Assembly (NCBI GenBank): GCA_009602725.1
Contig: WELB01000015.1
Coordinates: 4,447 to 46,286, forward strand
Reading direction: 5' to 3'
Source: Spirogloea muscicola
Taxonomy: Eukaryota
DNA length: 41,840 bases
Every line of letters starts with the position of its first letter. Position 1 is the stretch's first letter. Positions 24,592 to 36,300 of the stretch are shown here, piece after piece. A program made the translations under genes and the position numbers. Below the pieces are notes generated by a model, which worked only from the letters and a program-made list of their open reading frames with translations, ran no database searches and had not been told where the DNA came from.

Positions 24592-27500
24592 CTACTGCAG
24601 ATCTGCCAAGGGTGCCTGCTCATAGTCAGCTCGACTGTGATGTCTACCATATAACAAGTATGCTACAACAGCGAGCAATGTAATGGCTCCCAGCCTTATC
24701 CAAGCTTCGTAGTGCATCTGAATGACAGAGGCAGAACAAAGCACACAACATATGAGATGGTTATGGATCAGAGCATCTCTTGCAGTCAAGCAACACCTGT
24801 TGGAGTCTCCAGAAACAGCAATACTGCTTGCCTCTCAGTGAGACCCATTCCAATAAAGTAGCAGTGACTAGCTTCTGTGTCTTGCTGACATCAAGCCAAC
24901 AGCACCAACAAGTTCAAGGACCCATCGCAGACGTAGAGACGTGTCAGACACGTCATACACTCATTGTGCATAGTCGAGAGTGCTATTGCTACCTGTGTCA
25001 GAAGATGGACGTTGAACACAATTCCTACAAGAGGGAGAGCTGGAACAAATGGGCACGCAAAATTCTGGGCCTTCAAAAATGTCTGCAAGAGCACAAGCAA
25101 AGGCAGTCTTTGTGAAGCAACAAATTACCTTCGTTGTGGCCAACTGATTGGCCTGGACAGAGGAGAGCCAAGCTTTTGTTTTCAATGCACACAGCTGCTA
25201 GAGCTAAAAGTGCCCTTGGAGAATGAGAAAGCCCCAGTAAGCAGGCACAGATACTATTATAAATAAGCCCAAAGTGATGTAGAAGAAGAGCTGAATTATG
25301 CCAAACCTGGCGGGTGAGGAGGGAGACCACAGCAAGCCCTCCAGCGAGGACAATAGGTGCGAGCAACCAAGCGGGCAGTTTCCAGCGAATGAGAAGGCCG
25401 GCAGCGAAGGCCAGGAGTGCGGACACGCCAATACAAGCAGTGGCCTCCTGCTTGCGTGCCAGGCCTCCCCAGACGGCCCCTTGGGCGACTACGTGTGACT
25501 CGTCAATCCGGAGCACGATAACGCAGGCACACACAATCGAGTAGCTAACCTGGTGGAAGGGCAAGCAGACAGGTGCTCTCAGTGACCATCAGATACTATA
25601 TATGCAGTAGTCTCTGATGTTCTAGTTTCAAGGCTTCTTCGCAAAGACAGTAGGATTGCAGGTAGTCTACAGGCACTATCCTGATGATGTGTCAAGCGTG
25701 AGCTCACCAGCACACCAACAGAGAGGATGTGCGAAAGGCGGGCGACATTGAAGAGCGCAGCTAGGATGAGAGCAATAGCGCCCACCCAGACTTGAGCTCG
25801 GACTGGCGTGTGCAGCACCGGGTGCACGACCGAAAGGCAATCCGGGAGGAGACCATCCCTTCCCACACCAAGATAAAGCCTTGACTGCAGAGTAGACTTA
25901 AGCAGGTGTCATTAGCTGCACAATTTGTGCTGGTTGCAACAGCAGACAGCTCCTAGGTCTGTCGTACAGACAGTGACTATGTCGATCCTGTAAGCAAATA
26001 CAGCAACTAGATCACTGGCCCCTTATTACTTGCTCAAGCAGGCCGCACCTGCACGTACAGCCCAACAAGTAGCGTGGTAGTAAGTCCGACGACAGCTCCG
26101 ACATTGATGAAGCCCTCTACCAAGGGCATCTTGTTGCGGGCGAAGGCATCAGCAAGTGGCGAGGACGGATCGATCTCGGCAAACGGCACCATCCCAGTGA
26201 TGACCAGGGACACAGCAACGTAGAGAATCGTGCAGACTGCGAGTGAGACCATTATTCCAATAGGCAGGTCCCTCTGCAAGCATAAGCAAGAGCCAAAAGC
26301 CATCCACATTCAGGCTTTACTTTAACACAGGAATTCAGATTTCCACAGGCATGCGGACACATGGCATGCAAGAACTCTGATAACAATTGGGAAAGTTAGT
26401 GAAGGCATTTTGATTGGGTAACATGTATACGAGGCCAGATACTGAGAAAGGGACCATTGCAGGTATAGTCGTATTGCAACTTGCTGGTATACATGCCTGT
26501 GGGTTCCTGCTCTCTTCGGCAGTGTTTGCAACCGCGTCAAAACCCACGTAGGCAAAGTACACGGTGCTCGCTGCAGAGACGACCAGGCCTGCTCCATGGG
26601 GTGCAAACGGGTGCCAGTTGGCAGGATCCACCCTGGTGGAACCTATGGCAATCACGAGAACGACAATGACCACCTGCCACAGGGAAGGTTGTGAGCGAGA
26701 AGCACAGCACATGCAAGCACGGAGGTTGTAGAGCCTACCATTGGCTACGAGACTGTAGTGCCTTACATTGGCTACAAGAAGAAGTGTAAAGTGAGGCCCC
26801 ATGGATCAAGACACGCAGAGGAGGTGGCCAATGGCTACATGTGTGGCCGTAGTCTTTCATGTGGAGGGTTCATGTGGAGGGTGTTAATAAGCGGATATAG
26901 CATGGCTGTGACAAGCCGCCTGATACACCCTCGTCACTGTGGCACCTGATAAGTAGTCACTGTGGCCACTGCCAGAATACTAGCTGGGAGCGGTGTATCT
27001 AGAGGTGCTGACTCTTTGGAAGGACTTGCACAGGCTTGTGGGACGCAGCACGTCAAGGACCAGCAGACCTCTATGTAACCCCTGATGTGGAGGACATAAC
27101 TTGCGCTCAGAACCTGCGACTTCAGATCATACCCAGTAACAGTCCAAACTGAAATGTAAACCCTTAACCTTGACTCTAAACTTTAGTGACCTGCCATCAT
27201 ACACATTAGGAGACGCTGCGCTGAGGTGCAATGCAGTAATGCAGCAGACCTTGAGAGTTGTCATGTATGTATTCAGTGTCGCTGACTCCCGCACGCCATG
27301 GCACAAGATTACAGTCAATCCAGCCAATACGAGGGGCGCCAGGGCATTGATAGAGAGCAGCCCCGACAGCAGCGGCATGCCGCTTGGGGAGAGCCACGCT
27401 GGAAGCCAAGCGATGGCCCCTGGGAGCACCTCAAGGAGCAGCGATGCCAGGTAGCTGCACAGATAACAAGCAGAGTACAGAGCGTGCATAGGGACATGAG

Positions 27501-29276
27501 GTCATGGCTAGCGTCATGCTTGAAACACAAAGGCCATGGTTGTATATACGATGAACAAACAATGTCAAGCAACAGGCTACAGTCAGCAAACCAATGCTGT
27601 TCCCAACAATGCTTGTCCCCAACAATGTCCCCAACTGAAGATCTAAATGAAGTGCTGCCCATCATCTACTAGTGATGCATAGGATCCTGATTGATGACAG
27701 ACCTTGCGAGGCTGCGAGCAATTGAGGCAGCGCCAATGTGATAATCAAACATGAGATTGCAGAAGACCAGAAAGGCTGCAAGCTCCCTGCATGCATGCGC
27801 AGCACTATCAGCCTGTACTCTCACACCATAAGGTGCTGCTCAAGGTATGGACCTTCCAACTTTTACGACAGCAGCCTGCACATGGTGGCTATGATAAGTA
27901 AAAATCCAAGCTCCACAGAGATAGCGTGTATGCAAGAGCCTAACGTCGTGAGTCAAGGGGTAAGCATTTTGTATTATGAGCTCCTTTGCGTCAGGGTTTG
28001 GCTAGTAAGATGCAGGCCTCTTTAGACATGTGCTCACCCAAAGGTTGCATAGGTGTACAGGTAAGCGCCACCAACAACCGCGGGGAAGCGGCTGGCCAGC
28101 TCCGCGTAGCAGAGCGCGTCAATGACGCACGCCAGCCCCGCGAGCGCGAAGCTCAGGGCCACCGCTGGCCACAAACAGTCCAGACGAGGTGCCGGCGCCT
28201 GCTTCAGGAGACTGACGCGCCAGAGCACCAGGTCCTCACACATGCACCCTTACCCTTGTCCAGGGTTGTAGGGTCAAGGTTTTAGATTTTAGGTGAGACA
28301 TAAAGGTAAAGGTAAAGGTAAAGGTAAGGGTCTAAGGGTAAACCCCTAACCCTTAGACACTGTTGTACAGGGTGGTAAGGAGGCCATTAAAAGCTGCGCA
28401 AGGTCCAGGCTCCACAGCAGCCGGGAGGGTAGCTGAGACCACCGTAAAGTGCATGTGATCGTACTACATTGCTGATCGCAGTGTAGCTTGGAAGCAGACG
28501 GGCCACAGGCGAGCACTATCGAGGGGCTTGTGGCCAACATTTTGCTGGCAGTGTCACGGCCGCTGAGCTTGGTATAATCGCAGAATTGAGCACAGAAGAC
28601 TGGGGCTGGGCTAGAAGTTGAGCGGGAGGGCGATGAGGAGAGAAGGCGCGCGATGCGCATGAAACAAAGTGTGGCCACTTCAAGCTGATACACTGTTCTG
28701 GCAGAACTTAGTGCGATGATGGGGGCTACATGAAACGAAGCCCTGAGCTAAGGTGGCTAAGGTAATAGTGCACCGTTAGCACCCACGGGTGAGCACATAC
28801 ACATCCGACAAGCTAACTTGGGGTTCAGGGTTTAGGGGTTAGGAGCGCCGTCACGGAAGCCGGAGGCCTGACTTGGAGCGCTGCCAGCCACGCTGACGAT
28901 AGCCAGCGCTTGTGGACGCTGCGAAAGCCAAGCGAGAGCCGCATATGAGGCCATGAGGGAGGGGGATGGAGGTACCAGGGCCGGCCTGCCTCGCCGCCAC
29001 GCCGGTGACGACGAAGATGCCCGCGCCGATGGACGCGCCGATGCCCAGCAGCACGAGGTCCATCGGCCCCAGGCTGCGGCTCAGCTCCTTGTGCGGCGAT
29101 GCGGCGCCGCCATCGGCGGCCTCGCCGTCGCCGAGTCGCTGCAGCTGCGGCTTGGCGGAGGCAGAGCCGTCGCCGCCGCCCGCGGTGGCGCTGGGGACGG
29201 CCTTGACGCGGCCGGCAGCCTCCCAGAACGCCGCCCGCCGGCGAGGCGCCGGCGCCGGCAGCGCGGCGACCTCCAT
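24592..29276 (-). CDS. CAT9: Cationic amino acid transporter, CAT9-like (APC superfamily)
   Basis: Exons 29276-28976, 28164-28038, 27786-27703, 27454-27250, 26673-26497 (GC donor), 26273-26049, 25884-25708, 25549-25307, 25082-24993, 24717-24592. Motifs: GIGASIGAGIFVVTG, LCYAELASRFPAVVGGAYLY, DYHIGAASIARSLA, YVGFDAVANTAEESRNPQ|RDLPIGI, FACPFVP. Confidence 0.93.
28247..28358. repeat. Degenerate telomere-like tract with (TAAAGG)n and a 10-bp hairpin, CAT9 intron 1
   Basis: acccttaccctt...(taaagg)x4...gtctaagggt (28330-28339) and acccttagac (28349-28358). Confidence 0.75.
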
Positions 29277-30105
29277 GGCCGCCGTCGCCACTGCGGCTGC
29301 CCGGCTGTGAAGGCCAGCCTCGACGTCGATGCCAGTGGCTGGGACTGCGCCGCCGCAGGCTGGACTCGATGGTGTCGCGACAGGTAAGGCGACGGAGCCG
29401 TCGATTGCGGGTTCTCCTGCAGCGGCGGCAGTCTCAGCGGCGTGGCTTCCTGGCGGCGGGCGCCCGGCTGCTGCAGGCAAGCTCCATGGCTTTGCGGCGG
29501 CCGCCGGGGACTGGCGGCGGGGTGCTCGTGTTGTGGCAATGGCGGGCTTTCAGAAGGAAGCACCAACTGATGTTCCTAGTCAGCGCCTAGAGCTTATGGC
29601 TGGACCCTTTTGGCTGATGGATGCTGGCGATTGCTTCAGCTCCTCAGCTCCGCCAGCTCCTTGCGGGCGTCGTTCGCAGCACGGCGGGCGAGCACATGAC
29701 TTTGGAGCTGCAGCGCAAGCTTCAGCAAACAGCAAGTGCTCGCCTACACTTGCTTGTCAAGCAAAGACAGAGGACGCAGCTTGCTAAGGTGTAATCACAA
29801 GCAAGCCAGGATGCCCCACTGAGCGAGCATTGATGCCGACCACTGCAGGCCACAAATTTCTGAAGCCAGCGCATCGGCGGCAGTACAGATGACAGGTGCC
29901 TGATGCAGCAAGCATTGGGTGGCCCTCCACCGCTTTGCCGTAATGGCAATGAATGGCGCCATCCTTTCTTGCCACTAAGACACAATCAAAGAATGAAAGA
30001 TTGGCTTCTAGCAGCTGGGGTCAAGGCTTGTCAATCGGGAACTCCGCAAGAAGTCGAGGTTCAGTTCAGGTTCTTCTTGAGTTGCTGTGGAGATTCCAAA
30101 GCATC

Positions 30106-31126
30106 TCAGCCTTCGATGAGGAGCTTGGCTAGCAGCGCATCCGGGACGCGCACCTCCTTGCAGCACTGCAAAGCCTGGGCCAGCCGTGCCGCCAGCTGGT
30201 GCTTGCACTGCGCGCCGCAAACCGCACGGCAGCAGCATCAACAGTCCATTGGTGCCACCAGCAATGCTAGCGGCATGCAGCCCGTTGCTCATGCCGTGGA
30301 ATTTTGAGCTGGTTCAGCATTGCAGTCGTGACTGTGGTCGTCTAGCAGCGTGCTCACGTGCAAGTGCGCGCCCTTGTTGACGACGTTGTAGAAGAAGGAA
30401 GCGCAGGAACAGTAGTGCGACGGGAAGCACGTGTACTGGTCCGGCGCCTCCTTGCCTTCATAGCCGCTGCCGCTGCCTCTCTTGCGAGGGTGTTGCCCCT
30501 GGACCTGCCATAACCGGCACGGGAGCAAGGCCCAGCAGTCGTGAGGAAGCCTGCCCACCAGCAACGTCGCCGGCTTGCCACCACGGAGAGGAAAACCTCA
30601 AATCTCATAGGACAAAGATGCCTCGATTGCATCCATGATCTATCTAACAAAATTTGTTTGCTAAGGTGTGCTATGGTATGCTATATTATGTGTGCTATTT
30701 TCTCGAGATAGTTGTGAATTTCACGATACAACGACGCGTTACCAAAGATTAAAGAGGCCGGCAGCCGGACGACAGCACCGGAGGGGAGCGCATCACGGGG
30801 CAGCCGCAGGGACCTGGAAGTGCGAGCGGCCGCTGCGCTCGGCGACCACCTTGCGGACGCCGCCGGAGTCGAGGATCTCCAGCGCGCCCTCCAGGTTCCT
30901 CTCGAACAGGGCGTGCAGCCTGCACGGCGGCGGCGGGGCCCGACCGCCGTCCTTGGTGGCGTAAGCGCTTTGATCGCCGTCGTGCCCGGCTATGCAGGCA
31001 AGCCCAGGCAAGCCCGGCCACTGGCGCTGCAGACTGGCGGCAGCGGCGGCGGTGGCGGCGGCGGCGGCGGCGACGGAGCGGTAGGTGGCGGCGCCGTGGC
31101 TCACATCAGCAGGTGCTCCTCGGAAA
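30106..31126 (-). CDS. ZSWIM7: SWIM zinc-finger protein ZSWIM7/SWS1 (Shu complex), first exon lost in gap
   Basis: Exons 31126-31105 (22 nt), 30919-30814, 30504-30358, 30207-30106. Product VSEEHLLM|LHALFERNLEGALEILDSGGVRKVVAERSGRSHFQ|V...HYCSCASFFYNVVNKGAHLH|CKHQLAARLA, containing the SWIM CxC...CxH motif. Confidence 0.9.
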
Positions 31127-31214
31127 CTGCGGCAATGCGGATGCGGGGCGGTGGTGGCGGCCGCTGGCAGTGAGGGCGGCGCCGCGGCGGGGGCAGCGGC
31201 GGCGGTGGCGGCGG

Positions 31215-31772
31215 NNNNNNNNNNNNNNNNNNNNNNNNNNNNNNNNNNNNNNNNNNNNNNNNNNNNNNNNNNNNNNNNNNNNNNNNNNNNNNNNNNNNNN
31301 NNNNNNNNNNNNNNNNNNNNNNNNNNNNNNNNNNNNNNNNNNNNNNNNNNNNNNNNNNNNNNNNNNNNNNNNNNNNNNNNNNNNNNNNNNNNNNNNNNNN
31401 NNNNNNNNNNNNNNNNNNNNNNNNNNNNNNNNNNNNNNNNNNNNNNNNNNNNNNNNNNNNNNNNNNNNNNNNNNNNNNNNNNNNNNNNNNNNNNNNNNNN
31501 NNNNNNNNNNNNNNNNNNNNNNNNNNNNNNNNNNNNNNNNNNNNNNNNNNNNNNNNNNNNNNNNNNNNNNNNNNNNNNNNNNNNNNNNNNNNNNNNNNNN
31601 NNNNNNNNNNNNNNNNNNNNNNNNNNNNNNNNNNNNNNNNNNNNNNNNNNNNNNNNNNNNNNNNNNNNNNNNNNNNNNNNNNNNNNNNNNNNNNNNNNNN
31701 NNNNNNNNNNNNNNNNNNNNNNNNNNNNNNNNNNNNNNNNNNNNNNNNNNNNNNNNNNNNNNNNNNNNNNNN
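31215..31772. other. Assembly gap (558 N) flanked by GGC/GCC microsatellites
   Basis: Run of N between two divergent genes whose first exons are missing. Confidence 0.99.
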
Positions 31773-31852
31773 CGCCGCCGCCGCCGCCGCCGCCGCCGCA
31801 GCCGCCGCCTGACGGCGCGCGACGCCGGGTTGGCCGCTGAAGGGGACCGCAG

Positions 31853-31940
31853 GGGTGATCAAGGGCGTCAAGAACCCCAACCGCGAGAAGCAGGAGGTGG
31901 AGGACGCCGCCTTCAAGCGCATGATGGCCAAGGTGCGCGC

Positions 31941-31971
<31 letters not shown>

Positions 31972-33183
31972 GGCGCCTCGGGACTCGCACCGGCGCCTGA
32001 TGCTGCTCGAGCGCTCGCCGTGCCGCCTGTCGGTATTGAACCCGAGATCTCTGACTCACCGGGACTGAGTCGTCCCGCAGGTGAAGGAGGGCGAGCACGC
32101 CGGCTTCCTGCACGGCCGCGGCGGTAATCGGCGACGGACCCCGTTCACACTATGCATTGCGAGCTCGCCCATCTGGGGTCCCTCGTTAGCCGCACCATGT
32201 GCCCATCTCCGGCTTCTCGGCCAGCCATGGTCTGCGCTGCCGCAGGATGGCCAAAGAGTGATGGCTTTCCTCGGCTGCCGGTGCCCACTTGCCTCGGGCT
32301 GCAGCGCTCGACAGCGACGACCTGCTGTACCTCAAGGAGCAGACGCAGGCTGAGCAGGACGCCGAGAACATCCGGGACCGCGCCGAGAAGCGCGCGTTCG
32401 CTGCCTTCAAGATATCCCGCCAAAGCTTTGCTTGCTGCTCTTTCAGGCTCCCACTCTTCTCTTAGAGTGTGTTGCACGTTGTTTCTGAGTGCGATGGTCA
32501 GCGCAGGCTGGGGCAACGGGCGTGAAGTTCATTTCGTGGTTGCTCTCTTGACTCGACGAGCATGCACGTGGCAGCCAGTAAGGCGGACGCAGCTGGCCCT
32601 GCTGCCATGCGTGTGGATACCAAGCCGCGCAGCGGCATCAGGTGCGTCTGCAGCTGTCCTCATTGAATTGAGCTGCATTGCCTGTTGCTTCTGAGACCAG
32701 TTCTGGTACTTGATAGCCACGTTTCGCTCGCGAGGCTGCAGGCAGCACGACCTGCTGAAGAATATTGTGGAGATCAAGCCCAAGCGGCAGCGCTCTGACG
32801 CCTCCGAGAGGAGCAGCGGAACGCCGAGTCCAAGAGTGCAGGGGCGGACCACCACGCCCAGCTCTGCCGACCGCAGCGGCAAGTCGTGGAAGGACGATGC
32901 TCGTGCCCTGCCAGAGGACAGAAAGGACTCAGGAGCAGCAGCATTGGCCGATGCGTCTGCCTTGAATCAAGCAGGCCTCCGAGATGGCCCGAAAAGTGCC
33001 ACGAGTCTGCTCGGTCTCACCTATGCCAGCAGCGAGGACGAGGACGGGTCAGATGAAGCGAAGCAGGGGGACATGTCTCACCTCGATGACGCTGCTCAAA
33101 CCTCCAAGGACCCCAAGCAGGACCTGGCTGAGCCTTCCAAGGCCGCTCAAATGGGGGACGCAAGAGATGCTGGGGGGACTTGA
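31853..33183 (+). CDS. Conserved plant nuclear protein, FAM192A/NIP30(Fyv6)-like; first exon in gap
   Basis: Exons 31853-31932, 32081-32123, 32305-32411, 32568-32641, 32742-33183. Product: EDAAFKRMMAK|VKEGEHAGFLHGRG|ALDSDDLLYLKEQ...EKRAFAAFK|VAASKAD...RVDTKPRSGIR|QHDLLKNIVEIKPKR...SLLGLTYASSEDED. Intron 32412-32567 is AT-AC. Confidence 0.82.
32412..32567 (+). other. U12-type (minor spliceosome) AT-AC intron
   Basis: The 5' site is ATATCCC, a branch-like TCTCTTGAC lies at 32544-32552 (A about 16 nt from the 3' end), and the intron ends in CAC. Removing it joins the coding frames. Confidence 0.85.
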
Positions 33184-33362
33184 CAGCTCCTGTGATGAAT
33201 GTGCTCCGTCGTACATACGCTTTCTAGCTATGTATTCTGTCATGCAGTTTTGTCGACTGGCTATGGCAGATGACTTGACTTGATGTGTACAAACTGGACA
33301 ATTTTGCTCAACGTTACGAAGCTTGCACGAGCATCTCATGGAAGCTTGCAAGCAGTCTTAGT

Positions 33363-36300
33363 CTAGGCACATTGTCTTCGGCAGCCCACGTTGACGGGGA
33401 GCGCAGTGAGCGGTGGCCTAGCTGGCCCCACTTCCCTGCCTCGCGTCCTCTTTGCAGAAGCTGCAGTAGACATGAATGCTTCTAGTGTACTCTGCACCTT
33501 CGCTTGTCGCTTTGGGGCCTGGCAGAGCGGCCTCCACGATTGTGCAGGCTTGTCTTGGGGCAGCTCCACCACACTAAGTTTTGCAGGTGAGGTGCCGGTA
33601 GTGGCTTCTGATTGCTGGTTGCTGCAAGGCCTGAGGGCCATCAGAGAGTCGCTTGGCACTACTGCAATGTCAGATAGCGCAACAATCCACTTTCGTGCCT
33701 CCATCAGCTCCAGGAGGTTGCTGAGCATAGGAAATCTGGACAAGGTCTTCTTGGACCCCACGAGAATCAGCTTCTTCTTAGCCCGAGTGAGGCACACATT
33801 GATGCGGCGCCAGTCGGTCAGCAGCTTGCCGGCGTTGTCGTTGGTGCTTGAGCGAACAAAGGAGACGATGATGCAGTCCTTGTCCCTCCCCTGCCACCAG
33901 AGACCCAAGCTTCTGTGTCAACATAGCTTCTTTCATGAAAGGATGACAGAGCTGTCCTATATACTTACTGCCGGAGTTTGCCAGGAGGAGCAATCTGCTC
34001 AGAATCGAGAGCCTACTCAGCCAGAGATGAGCCTCGATTGCAGATAGAGACAGGAGTACCTGATACTTGTCAATCGTATGCACTTCAAGGCCCTCGAGCC
34101 CGCCGTGGCCGAGTCTCTGATGCAGCGCATTCACCTGCGCTGTGTACGGGCTGATCACCCCAATAAAGTGCGCCTGGACACCCCTGCCGGTGAGCGCCGC
34201 GGCTATCTGGTCAACCACCTCAACCTCGCCTCTATTCAGCACCGTGCCTCTTCCGCTCGTCTCAATGCACTCGGCGACTCCGTCTGTGTCCAAGAAAATT
34301 GCCCTCCGCTGCCGTCTCAGTACCTCCAGAAGCCAGGCGGGGTGGGCATGATGATCGTTCTCAGTGGCGTATGCCAAGCAAGCTCCTCCGATGTCTTGCG
34401 AACCGCACACAAGGCGCCCACCATACACAAGGCTGTTGCTCAGGTCCATGATGTCCTGGCACATGCGGTACTGGAAGCAGGCAGAGACGGAGTCCATCAG
34501 CAGGGCGGCAGACTGTCCTGCCACGTGCGACTGCCCTTCTTGTTGCACCATGATAGTAACATTACATTGTGCCTGAATTGCTCAGGATGGCAAGGCATGG
34601 CCAGGCATAGCCAAGCACCCACAAGGACTGATGGTGGGCACCTGTGTGCAGAGGGTGGCCACTGCCTGAGGATGCGCATTGGACAGCGTGCTGAAGAGGC
34701 TGTCCGCCATGCCCTTGGCCCTGGCCTCGGCACTTTGCACCAGCGGCGGGAGCTGGTGGTCGTCGCCGACCAGCACAAACGCGCGGGCAAGCCGCAGCGG
34801 CCCGAGTGCGATGGGCATTGTCACCTGCCCGGCCTCGTCGAGGATGCACACGTCAAAGTGCTTGTCGTGCAGGAGAGGGTGGTTGACTCCCAGGCAGGTG
34901 ACGCCTACAACTCGCGTGCGGGTCATCAGGGCCTCCGCATCCTTGACGGACTTGATGCACTTCTCTGCCATGATGTGCATGCACACACCATTGTGATGTC
35001 AGACGATTGTTGCGGACTAATTCCGTCACCATCAAGCTGTGAGGGTTGCGCTGAAAGTGACCCACAAAGAGCTTCAGAGTTCCTGCAGGAGAAGCCATAT
35101 GATGCAGAAGTTATGACGGACAGTCTTTACCTGGGGACCAAATGGTGTTGGACATGATATCTGGGTGTATGGCACCGGGCCTGCCGAGGCGCAGAAAATC
35201 AACACCCTGGAATCGGACAGGAATTGAAGCTATCATTGGACGAGCTATCACCAATTGTCTGGACTAGACAGGCACATTGCCCACGGCATATTGCTGTAAA
35301 CAATTGAAATTGTGGGTATTGCAATCTCATGCTGCAGCTCGAAATTGAAGTTGTCTATCACAGACACTGCTCATGAACTGTGAAGTGTCCTATTAGTGGG
35401 GTGTACCTTCTCTTTCAGCTTCATAAGTATGTTGTCAAGTGCTGAATTCGTGTACGATGAGAGCAGGACGCTCTGCCCTCTCTCAACCAGAGCGCATACC
35501 GCATGCATTATGGTGACCGTCTTCCCCGTACCAGGCATGCCCTGCACGAGCATGTATTCGCTCGTCCCCAGAATCTGCAGTTCCAGAGGGCATCGAGGCA
35601 TCACATAAATTGCAAATAAGAACCTCTCTGCTTATATAAGTCATGCAGCGAGAACAAGCGCTGGACTCTTCACGAGTTGCTGATTACTTATAAGTGTGCA
35701 TACTCTGTGGACAGCGGCCTGCTGATCTTTGTTAATCACGCCAGCTTTGTCCAGACAACTCCTGCTCGAAGACTGGCCCAAGCCTGCAGCATCTTCACCT
35801 CCTTCCACGACTGGTGGCTGCGGACATACAAGCTAATGTACTGAGCAACTGACTGAAGCATTTGCAGACTTTTGAATTTGAAATTCCTGAAGCCTGGCAG
35901 CACGATATGCATAAATCTGGATGGCAAGGTATGTAATATATGATCAAGCACTTACAGTTGCATTACACAGGCATGCTTCTAATGTTCACAGTGCTTCTTC
36001 AGGTCAAGCTTTCTGGATGTTGCACTACATATGCTCATAAGTTGGGGCTTACCTGCAGATCAATGAGCAGACGCCGGCGGTTGTCATTAAATTGAGAAGG
36101 AGAGAAAAGTTGCAGGAAATTGTACCTGCACTCAGACAAGTACGTATCGGCTCTTATGCTCAGCTGGGCAACAGCGGAAATCCTCTCTGACAATCCCATG
36201 AGCTTCTTAATGCTTACAGATTAATTTTACAGCCGCAAGCAGACCACAGAAGGCATTGGTATACCTCAAGGCATGCATGGTAACCCCAGCTTTCGGCATT

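Noticed and set aside
30793..32000. ORFs of 250-390 aa spanning the N run
   Set aside because: Artefacts of translating through the gap.
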